Assembly: GCA_945861645.1 (NCBI GenBank)
Contig: CAMAVZ010000008.1
Span: forward strand, 1 to 64,000
From: Opitutus sp. GAS368
Lineage (GTDB): Bacteria; Verrucomicrobiota; Verrucomicrobiia; Opitutales; Opitutaceae
DNA length: 64,000 bases
Reading direction: 5' to 3'
Part shown: positions 31,355 to 42,087 of the stretch, in pieces
Position numbering within the stretch: position 1 is the first letter of the stretch
Layout of the letters: each line of letters begins with the position of its first letter
Made by a program: the position numbers and the translations under genes
The notes under the pieces: generated by a model
The model's input: only the letters and a program-made list of their open reading frames with translations
Database searches by the model: none
What the model was told of the DNA's origin: nothing

Positions 31355-33433
31355 ATGTCCTACTGCGCATCCCGTTCGCATACACTACGCCGCCGAACCG
31401 TCGGCGTCATGGTGGGCAATCTCGGCGTAGGAGGAGATCAGCCGATTCGCCTGCAGTCGATGACGACCAGCGACACGCAAGACGTCGCGGCAACGGTCCG
31501 GCAGTCTATCGCGCTCGCCGAAGTCGGTTGCGAAATCATTCGAATTACGGCGCCCAATGTAGCGGCCGCGAAATGCTTGCGTGCCATTCGCACCCAATTT
31601 TCGGCGGCGGGTTTCGCGCACGTGCCCCTGGTGGCAGATATTCATTTCCTGCCGGCTGCGGCGATGGAAGCGGTCGAGCACGTAGAAAAAGTGCGCGTCA
31701 ATCCCGGTAACTACGCCGACAAAAAGAAATTCGCCGTTAAAGAGTATTCCGACGCGGCTTATGATTCCGAGCTGCAGCGGCTCTACGATTTATTTTCCCC
31801 GCTCGTCATCCGCAGCAAGACGCTGGGTCGAGCCATGCGCATTGGCACTAACCATGGTTCGCTCTCGGATCGGATCATGAACCGCTACGGGGATACGCCG
31901 CTCGGCATGGTTGAGAGCGCCCTGGAATTCCTCCGCATTGCCCGCGCGCATGACTACCACGCCATCATGCTTTCCATGAAAGCGAGCAACCCCAAGGTGA
32001 TGATTCAAGCTTACCGCTTGTTAGTGGATCGCATGCAGCAGGAGGCCATGCATTACCCGCTGCACCTCGGCGTCACCGAAGCCGGCGATGGAGAAGATGG
32101 CCGCATCAAGAGCGCGATCGGCATCGGCAGTTTGCTGCTCGATGGGCTGGGTGATACCATCCGCGTATCACTGACCGAAGATTCGGTTTACGAAATCCCG
32201 GTCGCTCGCGCGATCGCCGATAAAGCGATGCAGCAATGGCGGGGAAATCAAGCCGCTGCCTCGCCCCAGCCCTCTCTCGCCACCCCGAGGGCCGCTGGTA
32301 TCGACCCCTATCCTTTTACTCGTCGGGCTACGACCACCTTAAGGCTCGCGGCTACTTGCTTAGTGGGTCCCACCCAACCACCCCGCGTTATTGTCCGCAC
32401 CACCTTGGCGGCGCTGGCAGCATCGAGCCAAATTCTCTCCGCGCAAAAATTTAAAGACACCCCGGCCGAGGGGCTATTGGTCCCAGTTAATACCACGGAC
32501 GATTTGGTTGCCGTGGGGCAGCTCACGTTGCACCCCAATCAGCCGGTCCAATTTTTAGTGCTCCAACTCAATCCGCAACTGTCGCTCGCAGCCTTAGCGC
32601 CTACCCTCGCAGCGTCCTCCTGCCGGCTCATGCTGAGTCGAGCCTTTGCCTCAACCGATTTAGCTATTTTTTCAGAGTTTGTCATGGCCGTGCGGCGGCA
32701 TGGCCACTTCCTTGCCGCCGAAATCACCCCAGAGGATTTCTCGGCCTACGCGACTCTTCTCCGCTCACTGGGTGATGCTGGTTTGGTTTTCTCGCTCTCG
32801 ACTCGCTCCCCCAACCCTGAATCTGGTCACGCTGTGGGCGCCTACCGTCAATTAGCAGAAAAATTAGCCGCTACTGGCTGTCAGGCCCCCATTTGGATTC
32901 GTAACACGTCCGCCAACGCGCTACAAGCTGACCCGACCTATCTTTCACGCTTACTCGAAGCGAGTTTCCTCAGCGGCAGTCTCTTGTGCGATGGACTCGG
33001 TGATTTAATCAGCATTGAGACTGAACCCGATGTCGGCCGCGCCACCCTCCTCGCTTATAATGTGCTCCAAGGCGCTGGCGCGCGCCTGTCCAAAACAGAA
33101 TTTGTCGCTTGCCCAAGTTGCGGCCGCACCTTGTTTGATTTGCAAAGCACCACCCAACGCATTCGCGCCCAGACGGGGCATCTGAAGGGCGTCAAATTGG
33201 CCATCATGGGCTGCATTGTGAATGGCCCAGGGGAAATGGCGGACGCAGATTTTGGCTACGTGGGCGGAGCCCCCGGAAAAATCAACCTCTACGTTGGTAA
33301 AAATTGCGTCCAATATAACATTCCCGAGGCTGAAGCTGACGCTCGGCTCATTGCTCTCATGCGGGAACACGGCAAGTGGGCTGAACCCGAAGCCTCGGCC
33401 GCCACTCCCACCGACAAGGAAAACTCCCTCTAG
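31355..33433 (+). CDS. ispG: HMBPP synthase IspG, long three-domain form
   Basis: QSMTT, RIGTNHGSLS, HLGVTEAG, ACPSCGR, IMGCIVNGPGEM; long insertion between catalytic barrel and Fe-S domain. Confidence 0.96.
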   Translation: MSYCASRSHTLRRRTVGVMVGNLGVGGDQPIRLQSMTTSDTQDVAATVRQSIALAEVGCEIIRITAPNVAAAKCLRAIRTQFSAAGFAHVPLVADIHFLPAAAMEAVEHVEKVRVNPGNYADKKKFAVKEYSDAAYDSELQRLYDLFSPLVIRSKTLGRAMRIGTNHGSLSDRIMNRYGDTPLGMVESALEFLRIARAHDYHAIMLSMKASNPKVMIQAYRLLVDRMQQEAMHYPLHLGVTEAGDGEDGRIKSAIGIGSLLLDGLGDTIRVSLTEDSVYEIPVARAIADKAMQQWRGNQAAASPQPSLATPRAAGIDPYPFTRRATTTLRLAATCLVGPTQPPRVIVRTTLAALAASSQILSAQKFKDTPAEGLLVPVNTTDDLVAVGQLTLHPNQPVQFLVLQLNPQLSLAALAPTLAASSCRLMLSRAFASTDLAIFSEFVMAVRRHGHFLAAEITPEDFSAYATLLRSLGDAGLVFSLSTRSPNPESGHAVGAYRQLAEKLAATGCQAPIWIRNTSANALQADPTYLSRLLEASFLSGSLLCDGLGDLISIETEPDVGRATLLAYNVLQGAGARLSKTEFVACPSCGRTLFDLQSTTQRIRAQTGHLKGVKLAIMGCIVNGPGEMADADFGYVGGAPGKINLYVGKNCVQYNIPEAEADARLIALMREHGKWAEPEASAATPTDKENSL

Positions 33434-33484
33434 CGAGTGGACGCGAGGGGAGCGCGAATATTCGCAACCCTAAAATTAGAAAAG

Positions 33485-33509
33485 TTATCCCCCGTCCCAC
33501 TGTGAACAA
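33485..33509. promoter_or_regulatory. Two imperfect DnaA boxes upstream of dnaA
   Basis: TTATCCCCC (33485-33493) and TGTGAACAA (33501-33509, reverse complement TTGTTCACA) versus consensus TTATCCACA. Confidence 0.45.
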
Positions 33510-33814
33510 GATGTCGGAAAGTTGCGCTTGAAAGCTATTTTGTGATTCACGTTAGTCGCGGAGTCACTTTTACTGTTCCTTCCTTTCGCTTGTTCTTTGC
33601 CAACTCCGCCGCGTACCCCGTACTCCGGTTCGTCCAAGGTTTTCCCAGATTCTGGTCAAAATCACCCTGCCTCAAGACCAGATTTTTGGTCTGATGATGA
33701 GTGATCGCCACCCCCCTTTCTCTTGTGATTTACGGCTTATGGTAGATGCCACGGTAGTTGTCGCAAATGCAGTTGCTGAGGGGTGAATTAATCACCAACT
33801 ATCTCATCTCCGTT

Positions 33815-35188
33815 ATGCCCCACGCCACCCTCCAATCCAATCTCTGGGAAACAGTAAAATGTGACCTCAAGGGATTATTCCCGGAGGACGTATTCCAGAT
33901 GTGGTTTGAGCCCCTGAGCTGCCTCGCCGCTACGGAAGATGCCCTGGTGCTGGGTGTACCCAACGATTTTGCGGCAATTTGGATTCACGACAACTATCTC
34001 GATCTCATTTCTCAGCGCCTTCGACTGGCGGCCGGGCGCATGGTGCATGTCTCCCTGAAGAAAGCCGATCAGCCTGGCGGGGAAGCCTCCGCTCCCATCA
34101 CCGAGCCCAAAAATCGCGCCCCGCAGGCTAAGCGCACCTTGCGCTACGACGAGCGCCTCGCCTCCGCCGGCTCACTTAATCCCCGCAACTCTTTCGAGAA
34201 TTTTGTGGTTGGTCCCAACAGCCAATTGGCGCACGCCGCTTCGCTCGCGGTCGCGCAGGCCCCCGCCCAAGCCTACAACCCACTTTTCATTCACGGCTCG
34301 ACGGGACTCGGCAAGACCCACCTGATGCATGCCATTGGCCATAGCATCCTCCAGCGCAATCCCGAGGCGCGCGTCGCTTATCTTTCCACAGAGAAATTCA
34401 CGAACGAATATATTCACGCTATTCAGGAAAATGCGCTGACGAAGTTCCGCCAACGCTACCGCAGCGTGGACGTTCTCCTCGTGGACGATGTACAATTTTT
34501 AGCGGGTAAAGAGCGCATTCAGGAAGAATTTTTCCACACCTTTAACGACTTATTCGAGTCACAAAAGCAGATCGTAATTTCTAGCGATCGTCCCGTTACG
34601 GAAATTGCCACGCTCGAAGCACGCCTCGTCTCTCGCTTTCAATGGGGCCTGTCCGCCGATATCCAATCACCCGATTTTGAAACGCGCGTCGCTATTCTAA
34701 AAACCAAAGCGGCGACCCTCAAGGTTACCTTGCCGATGCCGGTGATTGAATTCATGGCGCAACATATCTCAAAAAATATCCGCCGGTTGGAAGGTGCGCT
34801 AATTAAAATTTCGAGCTACGCCGCCTTAACAGGTAAAACCCTGGACCTCGCTTCAGCTGAATTGTTGCTCAAAGACGTGTTGATGGAGGAAGCACAAAAT
34901 CGTCTCAATATCGAGGGGATCCAGAAACGCGTCGCCGATCATTATCAGATTCGTCACTCCGATATGACCAGCAAGCGCCGGCCCAGCGCCATTGCCTTTC
35001 CTCGGCAGATCGCGATGTACCTCTCGCGGCAACTCACCCGCCACTCGCTTCAAGAAATTGGCCAAGCTTTTGGTGGTCGCGATCACGGCACCGTTATTCA
35101 TGCCGTGAAGACGGTCGAGAATATGATGGAGCAAGATGACTCCGTTCAGGGCAGCGTTGATTTCCTCAAGAGCCAGCTGACCAAGTAA
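33815..35188 (+). CDS. dnaA: Chromosomal replication initiator DnaA
   Basis: YNPLFIHGSTGLGKTHL, DDVQF, QEEFFHTFN, FGGRDHGTVIHA; ATG at 33815. Confidence 0.97.
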   Translation: MPHATLQSNLWETVKCDLKGLFPEDVFQMWFEPLSCLAATEDALVLGVPNDFAAIWIHDNYLDLISQRLRLAAGRMVHVSLKKADQPGGEASAPITEPKNRAPQAKRTLRYDERLASAGSLNPRNSFENFVVGPNSQLAHAASLAVAQAPAQAYNPLFIHGSTGLGKTHLMHAIGHSILQRNPEARVAYLSTEKFTNEYIHAIQENALTKFRQRYRSVDVLLVDDVQFLAGKERIQEEFFHTFNDLFESQKQIVISSDRPVTEIATLEARLVSRFQWGLSADIQSPDFETRVAILKTKAATLKVTLPMPVIEFMAQHISKNIRRLEGALIKISSYAALTGKTLDLASAELLLKDVLMEEAQNRLNIEGIQKRVADHYQIRHSDMTSKRRPSAIAFPRQIAMYLSRQLTRHSLQEIGQAFGGRDHGTVIHAVKTVENMMEQDDSVQGSVDFLKSQLTK

Positions 35189-35276
35189 GCTCGGGGCCCT
35201 TTCGCGTTTTGCGATTAACCGCAGCATTGCCTTGTTTTCTCGGTCAGCCTTAAAAGCAATCAGCCTAAAAAATTAG

Positions 35277-35822
35277 ATGTCCCTCACGCCTGAACAAAAA
35301 CAAGCCGTCGCCAGCTGGGTCGCCGCTGGAGATAATCTGTCCTTGGTTCAAAAGAAGCTAACCGAGCAATTCAAGGTCTCGATGACCTATATGGATGTGC
35401 GCTTCCTCGTGGATGATTTGGGCCTAGAATTGAAAAACGCCGCCCCAAAAGCGGATGCTTCCGATGTCACGAAGACCACTCCGGCCGCCAGCCCGACCCC
35501 TCCACCGCATCCAGCGGGCGCTGAATATACCGCCGGCGCTGATGAGGTCCCGCCGGCCTCGGATGAAGCTAATTTGCCGGCCGAAGGCGACGCACTCCCT
35601 AGCACGAGCACCCTAACCCTCGAAGTTGATCGAATCATGCGCCCTGGTACCGTGGTGAGCGGTACGGTGACATTCAGCGACGGCGTCTCCGGCAAATGGG
35701 CCCTCGACCAGCAGGGTCGCCTGATGCTCGATACCCCCCAGAAGGGTTATCAGCCCAGTCCGGCCGATGTGCAGACTTTTCAGCGAGAGCTGCAGGCTCA
35801 GCTGCAGCGGCAGGGATACTAA
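35277..35822 (+). CDS. Conserved hypothetical protein (helical N-domain, Pro/Ala linker, beta-rich C-domain)
   Basis: Clean ORF with two ordered segments separated by a low-complexity linker. Confidence 0.75.
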   Translation: MSLTPEQKQAVASWVAAGDNLSLVQKKLTEQFKVSMTYMDVRFLVDDLGLELKNAAPKADASDVTKTTPAASPTPPPHPAGAEYTAGADEVPPASDEANLPAEGDALPSTSTLTLEVDRIMRPGTVVSGTVTFSDGVSGKWALDQQGRLMLDTPQKGYQPSPADVQTFQRELQAQLQRQGY

Positions 35823-35903
35823 GTTAAACGCGAGCGCTTAAAGATCCGCCGCGAGCTGGCCAACCCAGCATAGATCGCGCGATCGGTTGAACCGTCAGGG
35901 GGA

Positions 35904-37964
<2,061 letters not shown>

Positions 37965-37992
37965 TTAATTTCAACTCGGAGCTTTGGTGTAA

Positions 37993-38457
37993 TTACACGC
38001 TATCCAAGGGCGCTGCTTCATTTTCTAACGGTGGCTCCGGCTGGGCTTGATTTTGTCTAAATTTGAGCGGCGTTTCCAGCAAGCGACGGTAACGGGCCCA
38101 GCGCAGATACAGCCCGACCGCCAACCCCGCCCCCAAGCTGTCGGCCAGCCAGTCGGCCCATTCAAACAGGCGCATAATCGTCAAGCTCTGACGGAATTCG
38201 TCGCCCAAGCCGTAGGCAGACGCCATAGCAATAGCCCACCAGGCCCCGAGCACTGGCCATCGCGCCAAGGCTGGCAAGCGCACCAAGGCGGTGGCGAGCA
38301 TCCCGTAAATTGCAAAATGCCCCACCTTGTCGGGCGCGAACGCCGTTATTTTGACATTAACAACGGCAAAGCCGGAACACCAAGTGATGGTTCCAGCCAG
38401 TAAGATCGGCCAAGCGAGCGCCCGACGTTCCCTCCAGACCGATTGAGCAGCATCCAT
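37993..38457 (-). CDS. VanZ-family membrane protein
   Basis: DKVGHFAIYG, YGLGDEFRQ, DWLADSLG; start uncertain. Confidence 0.8.
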   Translation of the reverse strand: MDAAQSVWRERRALAWPILLAGTITWCSGFAVVNVKITAFAPDKVGHFAIYGMLATALVRLPALARWPVLGAWWAIAMASAYGLGDEFRQSLTIMRLFEWADWLADSLGAGLAVGLYLRWARYRRLLETPLKFRQNQAQPEPPLENEAAPLDSV

Positions 38458-38554
38458 CCACTCAAGATTGCAGATCATAAAATCCTCGGCGAGCGGGATT
38501 TTCACCCATGAGCGCCATCAGCCTGCGTCTAAGCCAGCAACTATCTGCTTAAAA

Positions 38555-38631
<77 letters not shown>

Positions 38632-38797
38632 TCTCTACGAGGGATCAAAAAGCCTCAGCGCTTGGTGTGATGCAAGCCCTATCCTTAGCCGCAATTCAGG
38701 GGACCCGGTGGGGCGATTTCAGCTAGCGCAAACCCACTCGATTTGTAAAAAATGCTGCAATCCCCCAAAAGTGCCTTCAACTAGTTGACGTTAAAGT

Positions 38798-38874
38798 GTC
38801 CTCGTAGCTCAACCGGATAGAGCTCTTGCCTTCTAAGCAAGCGGTTGTGGGTTCGAGTCCCGCCGAGGACGCCA
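38798..38874 (+). tRNA. tRNA-Arg(TCT)
   Basis: GTCCTCG...CGAGGAC-G-CCA; anticodon arm cttgc-ct-TCT-aa-gcaag. Confidence 0.96.
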
Positions 38875-38962
38875 TTTTTGCTCGGAACGTAGGATTGGCT
38901 TGCGAGACGAGATCTCGGCCCGAGCTCCCCAGCCGCAGCTCAAAGCGCGCTGCTTTAACCAA

Positions 38963-39072
38963 CGAAGGATGGCCGTGCCATCCCTAGCCTTAATCACCCG
39001 CGCACATGATGCCCTCCTCCGCTGAAGCTGCGGAGGGCATCCTTCGTCCTCGCTCCGCTCGGCGAAGGATGG
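38963..39072. repeat. Nested palindromic (REP-like) element at the tRNA-Ala 3' end
   Basis: CGAAGGATGG at 38963 and 39063; hairpins GGATGGC/GCCATCC, GATGCCCTCC/GGAGGGCATC, CATCCTTCG/CGAAGGATG. Confidence 0.55.
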
Positions 39073-39145
39073 TGGAGCAGATCGGGATCAAACCGACGAC
39101 CTCGTCGTTGCGAACGACGCGCTCTATCAACTGAGCTACTGCCCC
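39070..39145 (-). tRNA. tRNA-Ala(CGC)
   Basis: GGGGCAG...CTGCTCC-A-CCA with G3:U70; anticodon arm cgtcg-tt-CGC-aa-cgacg; T-loop reads TTTGA. Confidence 0.93.
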
Positions 39146-39329
39146 CCAAGCGAAGGTTGCTTCTGCGGGAAGCTTTCGCGGGAGTAAAACAAAAATTTAT
39201 TGCTCACCCTACCCGCTTACCCAGCGCGACTTAAAACAACCGCAAAATTGGCGCTATAATTGCTCTTGCAGCTCCCGGGAACAGACGAAAAGAAAACGCC
39301 TACCCCGTTAACAAAATACTAAAACCAGC

Positions 39330-39722
39330 ATGAAAAAAAGCATCAAGAAATCTACGGGGCGCTCACCGGCAGTCAAAAAGCCTACCGCGCTTGCTAAAAA
39401 TAAATTACCGTCGATGAAAAAAATCGCAGCGCCCGCCAAGAAAAAAATCGGGGCAATGGCCGAACCGCCCGTTACTTTTATTTCCGCCAAAATCGATGTG
39501 GGCTTCGGCCAACATCTTTATCTCCGTGGCGAAGGTCCGGGCCTAAGCTGGCAACAGGGTTTGGCCATGGATTGCGTCAGCCCCGACTTGTGGACCATCG
39601 CCATTAAAAATGCCGCAGAGCCCGTGATCTTTAAATTACTAGTGAACGATGTCGCCTGGAATCAGGGCCATGACTTCGTCACCGCGCCCGGCCAAAGTAT
39701 CACCGTCGTCCCGACTTTCTAG
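39330..39722 (+). CDS. Lys-rich N-terminus plus CBM20-like domain protein
   Basis: KKSIKKS...AKKK tail; IDVGFGQHLYLRGEGPGLSW...FKLLVND...W pattern resembles starch-binding modules. Confidence 0.7.
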   Translation: MKKSIKKSTGRSPAVKKPTALAKNKLPSMKKIAAPAKKKIGAMAEPPVTFISAKIDVGFGQHLYLRGEGPGLSWQQGLAMDCVSPDLWTIAIKNAAEPVIFKLLVNDVAWNQGHDFVTAPGQSITVVPTF

Positions 39723-39794
39723 GCCGCTTGTGGCCTTGCCTGCCGCCGGCGCGTTCCAGGTGACCGGTGGCGTTTAGCCCAGAAAATCCCGCGA

Positions 39795-40451
39795 TTAATC
39801 CAAGCGATCCGGATTAATCGCCAGCAATTCGGCCCGTACCTCTGCGACATCCCACTTCTCGCCATCTATTTTTTTAGCCGGCAAGATCGTGCAACGCATA
39901 ACGACCCGAGAAAAGGGCCAAGGAATATAAATCCGATCCCAACTCCGCAGACGTTTCGCCCACATAAATTCAGCGCCAATTAAGAGCATAGGGGAATTCG
40001 TGCGGCGCGTGACCACTAAAGCTCCCGGTTTAACTTCATACATCGGACCGCGCGGGCCGTCGGGGGTAATGCCAATATCGTGACCCGCCCGCATCACCTC
40101 GATGAGCGCCTGGCCCGATTCTCGAGCAAAATTGCTACTCGATCCGCGCAGTGGCTTCAGTCCCACCATACGATAAAATTCCGCGATCAAGGCCCCATCC
40201 TTACTGGCACTGACCAGCGCATAAACACTGCGGCGCGTCCGGTAGCGGCTAAAATATTCCGCCGAAATAAAGAGTCGATTGTGCCAAATAACGATCGCCA
40301 TGGCCTCGTCCGCGTTGGCCAAGCGCGCTTGCGTGGCGGCATCAGCTTCAAAACGTAATGTCCGGCACCACAGCCGCAAGATTGCCGCCACTAGCCAGAG
40401 CAACAGCCGGCGCCAGCCGCTTACCACGTTAATGGGGTCAGGATCTTCCAT
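39795..40451 (-). CDS. DUF374/lysophospholipid acyltransferase family protein
   Basis: IWHNR, SASKDG, RGSSS, ITPDGPRGP. Confidence 0.88.
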   Translation of the reverse strand: MEDPDPINVVSGWRRLLLWLVAAILRLWCRTLRFEADAATQARLANADEAMAIVIWHNRLFISAEYFSRYRTRRSVYALVSASKDGALIAEFYRMVGLKPLRGSSSNFARESGQALIEVMRAGHDIGITPDGPRGPMYEVKPGALVVTRRTNSPMLLIGAEFMWAKRLRSWDRIYIPWPFSRVVMRCTILPAKKIDGEKWDVAEVRAELLAINPDRLD

Positions 40452-40537
40452 GATTCTACCCCCTTTTATGCAGGGAACGTAGGCCAGTCGCCAAGTTAAA
40501 CTTGTGCCGGCCTCCATCACTTAAGACCCTTGCCCCC

Positions 40538-41080
40538 ATGCCCCTTTGCTTGCCGTCCTGCCCCCATCTTCCGGTCCCGCCCGCGCAGATGGCCGCGAGT
40601 GCCCTCTCCGCCCACGGCTCCGCCCGAGACGGTGCCTTTTATCTCACGGCTCTCACCTACGGTCATTTTCTCTGGCAAAACGGGCAAGCGGCCCGCGCTA
40701 TTTTGAAATTAGATCGAGCGCTGTTGGCTGATCTTCGGGGCGATGAACCCGTGTTGCGTGACTGGCCCTTGCCCTACGAGGCCATGACCTGGTTTTTGCG
40801 GCACACGCCGCCGGATGTCTTTATCGGCAACCCCCGCGTGCATTTTCAGCACCTCGCGGACCGGATGAACGAGCCGCGACGCGAACAACGTCGCTGGCGC
40901 ACGTGGGCCTGCTGGGCCCTCTGCCGGAGCGTCCGCCCAGAATTTCCGCCTGACCCCCTGCATCAGGTGGTGGAACCAGCCCGCGAGCTCATCGCCGAAA
41001 AACTCACCACCCACGGCATTGCTGGCGAAACTAGCCTCTGGCTACAGGTTCTAATTAAAACGGCCCTACCTAACCATTAA
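40538..41080 (+). CDS. Conserved hypothetical protein
   Basis: ATG at 40538; WPLPY, FIGNPRVHFQHLADRM, WRTWACW blocks. Confidence 0.7.
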   Translation: MPLCLPSCPHLPVPPAQMAASALSAHGSARDGAFYLTALTYGHFLWQNGQAARAILKLDRALLADLRGDEPVLRDWPLPYEAMTWFLRHTPPDVFIGNPRVHFQHLADRMNEPRREQRRWRTWACWALCRSVRPEFPPDPLHQVVEPARELIAEKLTTHGIAGETSLWLQVLIKTALPNH

Positions 41081-41174
41081 CCAACGCCATCGACCTACTC
41101 ATTGTGCCCGTCAATGGATCAACCGTAACTCATTCGTCCGCAGATTCGATATTACAGTTAAGCGGGCCGTAAAT

Positions 41175-42074
41175 TTACCCGTGCTTCGAAGCTGGTTGCG
41201 ACTCTTGCAACCAAGCCCTAAGCCTTACTCTCTCCACTAAGGCCATGTGCGGTACGGTTAGCGCCGCCAGCCCCACAAATACGATCTGCACCATTCGTTC
41301 GTCCAAGGGCGTACTCCTCATAAAGTACCAAGCGGCCACCGATGCACAGGCCACACCGAGCAGGGGAAGTAGCGAGGCTAACAATAAAAAACGCCATGAC
41401 GCTCGCCCGGAATAAATAAAGACGCGGATCATATGACGAGCGCTATGCATGCCGCAGAAAAAGAGCGTGAATGATAGTAGCGGAGGGGCTACGCACGCCA
41501 GCAGCCCAACTGAGGCGAGTTCAAAGGCGGTTAACTTATCGTTCCGCCAACGCTCGGCTATCGCTAGCACGAGGCCAATTAACCAAGGCCAAGTCAGCCC
41601 TACTAAAATCGGGACAATGGCACCGGCTGCTGGGGTTCCGACCAGCTTAGAAAATAACGCGGTAATCTCTGCCTGGTGCCAAATATTCGGCAAAACGAGG
41701 ACAGCGCCGCCATATAATATCCGGGAAAGCAGCGGAGTGCCCTCGGCCGGATCGCCTGAAAAATGCGCGGCAGAGATGATCAAAAAGCCCGCCAAGAACA
41801 CGGCGGGGACCCAAGCCCATAGTCCCACCACGAGGGATGCGAGCAAAAGATAAACTAGGCCAAAACGAGCCCAAGCCCAAGGCGTGCGAATGCCGTAAAG
41901 CTTTTGGGCAAAAATCGTGTCCATCGCCCCATGGGGGATACCCAAAACCACGATGAGCGCAGCCAGAACGATAAGTTCAGACTGTGGCGAAAAACGGCCC
42001 AGCGTAGTAGCGGCGAAGGCCATCCCAAGCGCGCTGCAACTAAAAACAAGACCTTGGAGACGCTGAGCATTCAT
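41175..42074 (-). CDS. blh: Beta-carotene 15,15'-dioxygenase (Brp/Blh)
   Basis: GIPHGAMD, AHFSGD, MHSARH, LTVPHM histidine motifs; multi-TM; last gene of the rhodopsin cassette. Confidence 0.94.
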   Translation of the reverse strand: MNAQRLQGLVFSCSALGMAFAATTLGRFSPQSELIVLAALIVVLGIPHGAMDTIFAQKLYGIRTPWAWARFGLVYLLLASLVVGLWAWVPAVFLAGFLIISAAHFSGDPAEGTPLLSRILYGGAVLVLPNIWHQAEITALFSKLVGTPAAGAIVPILVGLTWPWLIGLVLAIAERWRNDKLTAFELASVGLLACVAPPLLSFTLFFCGMHSARHMIRVFIYSGRASWRFLLLASLLPLLGVACASVAAWYFMRSTPLDERMVQIVFVGLAALTVPHMALVERVRLRAWLQESQPASKHG

Positions 42075-42087
42075 AAGTGTCCGGATT

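Noticed and set aside
38777-38962. 61-aa ORF (also 48201-48386)
   Set aside because: Shadow ORFs over tRNA genes
41081-41174. Possible att duplication of the tRNA-Asp 3' end at the far boundary of the rhodopsin cassette
   Set aside because: No match to TGGCGGGATGGACG was found and no integrase is nearby, so it is not called a mobile element
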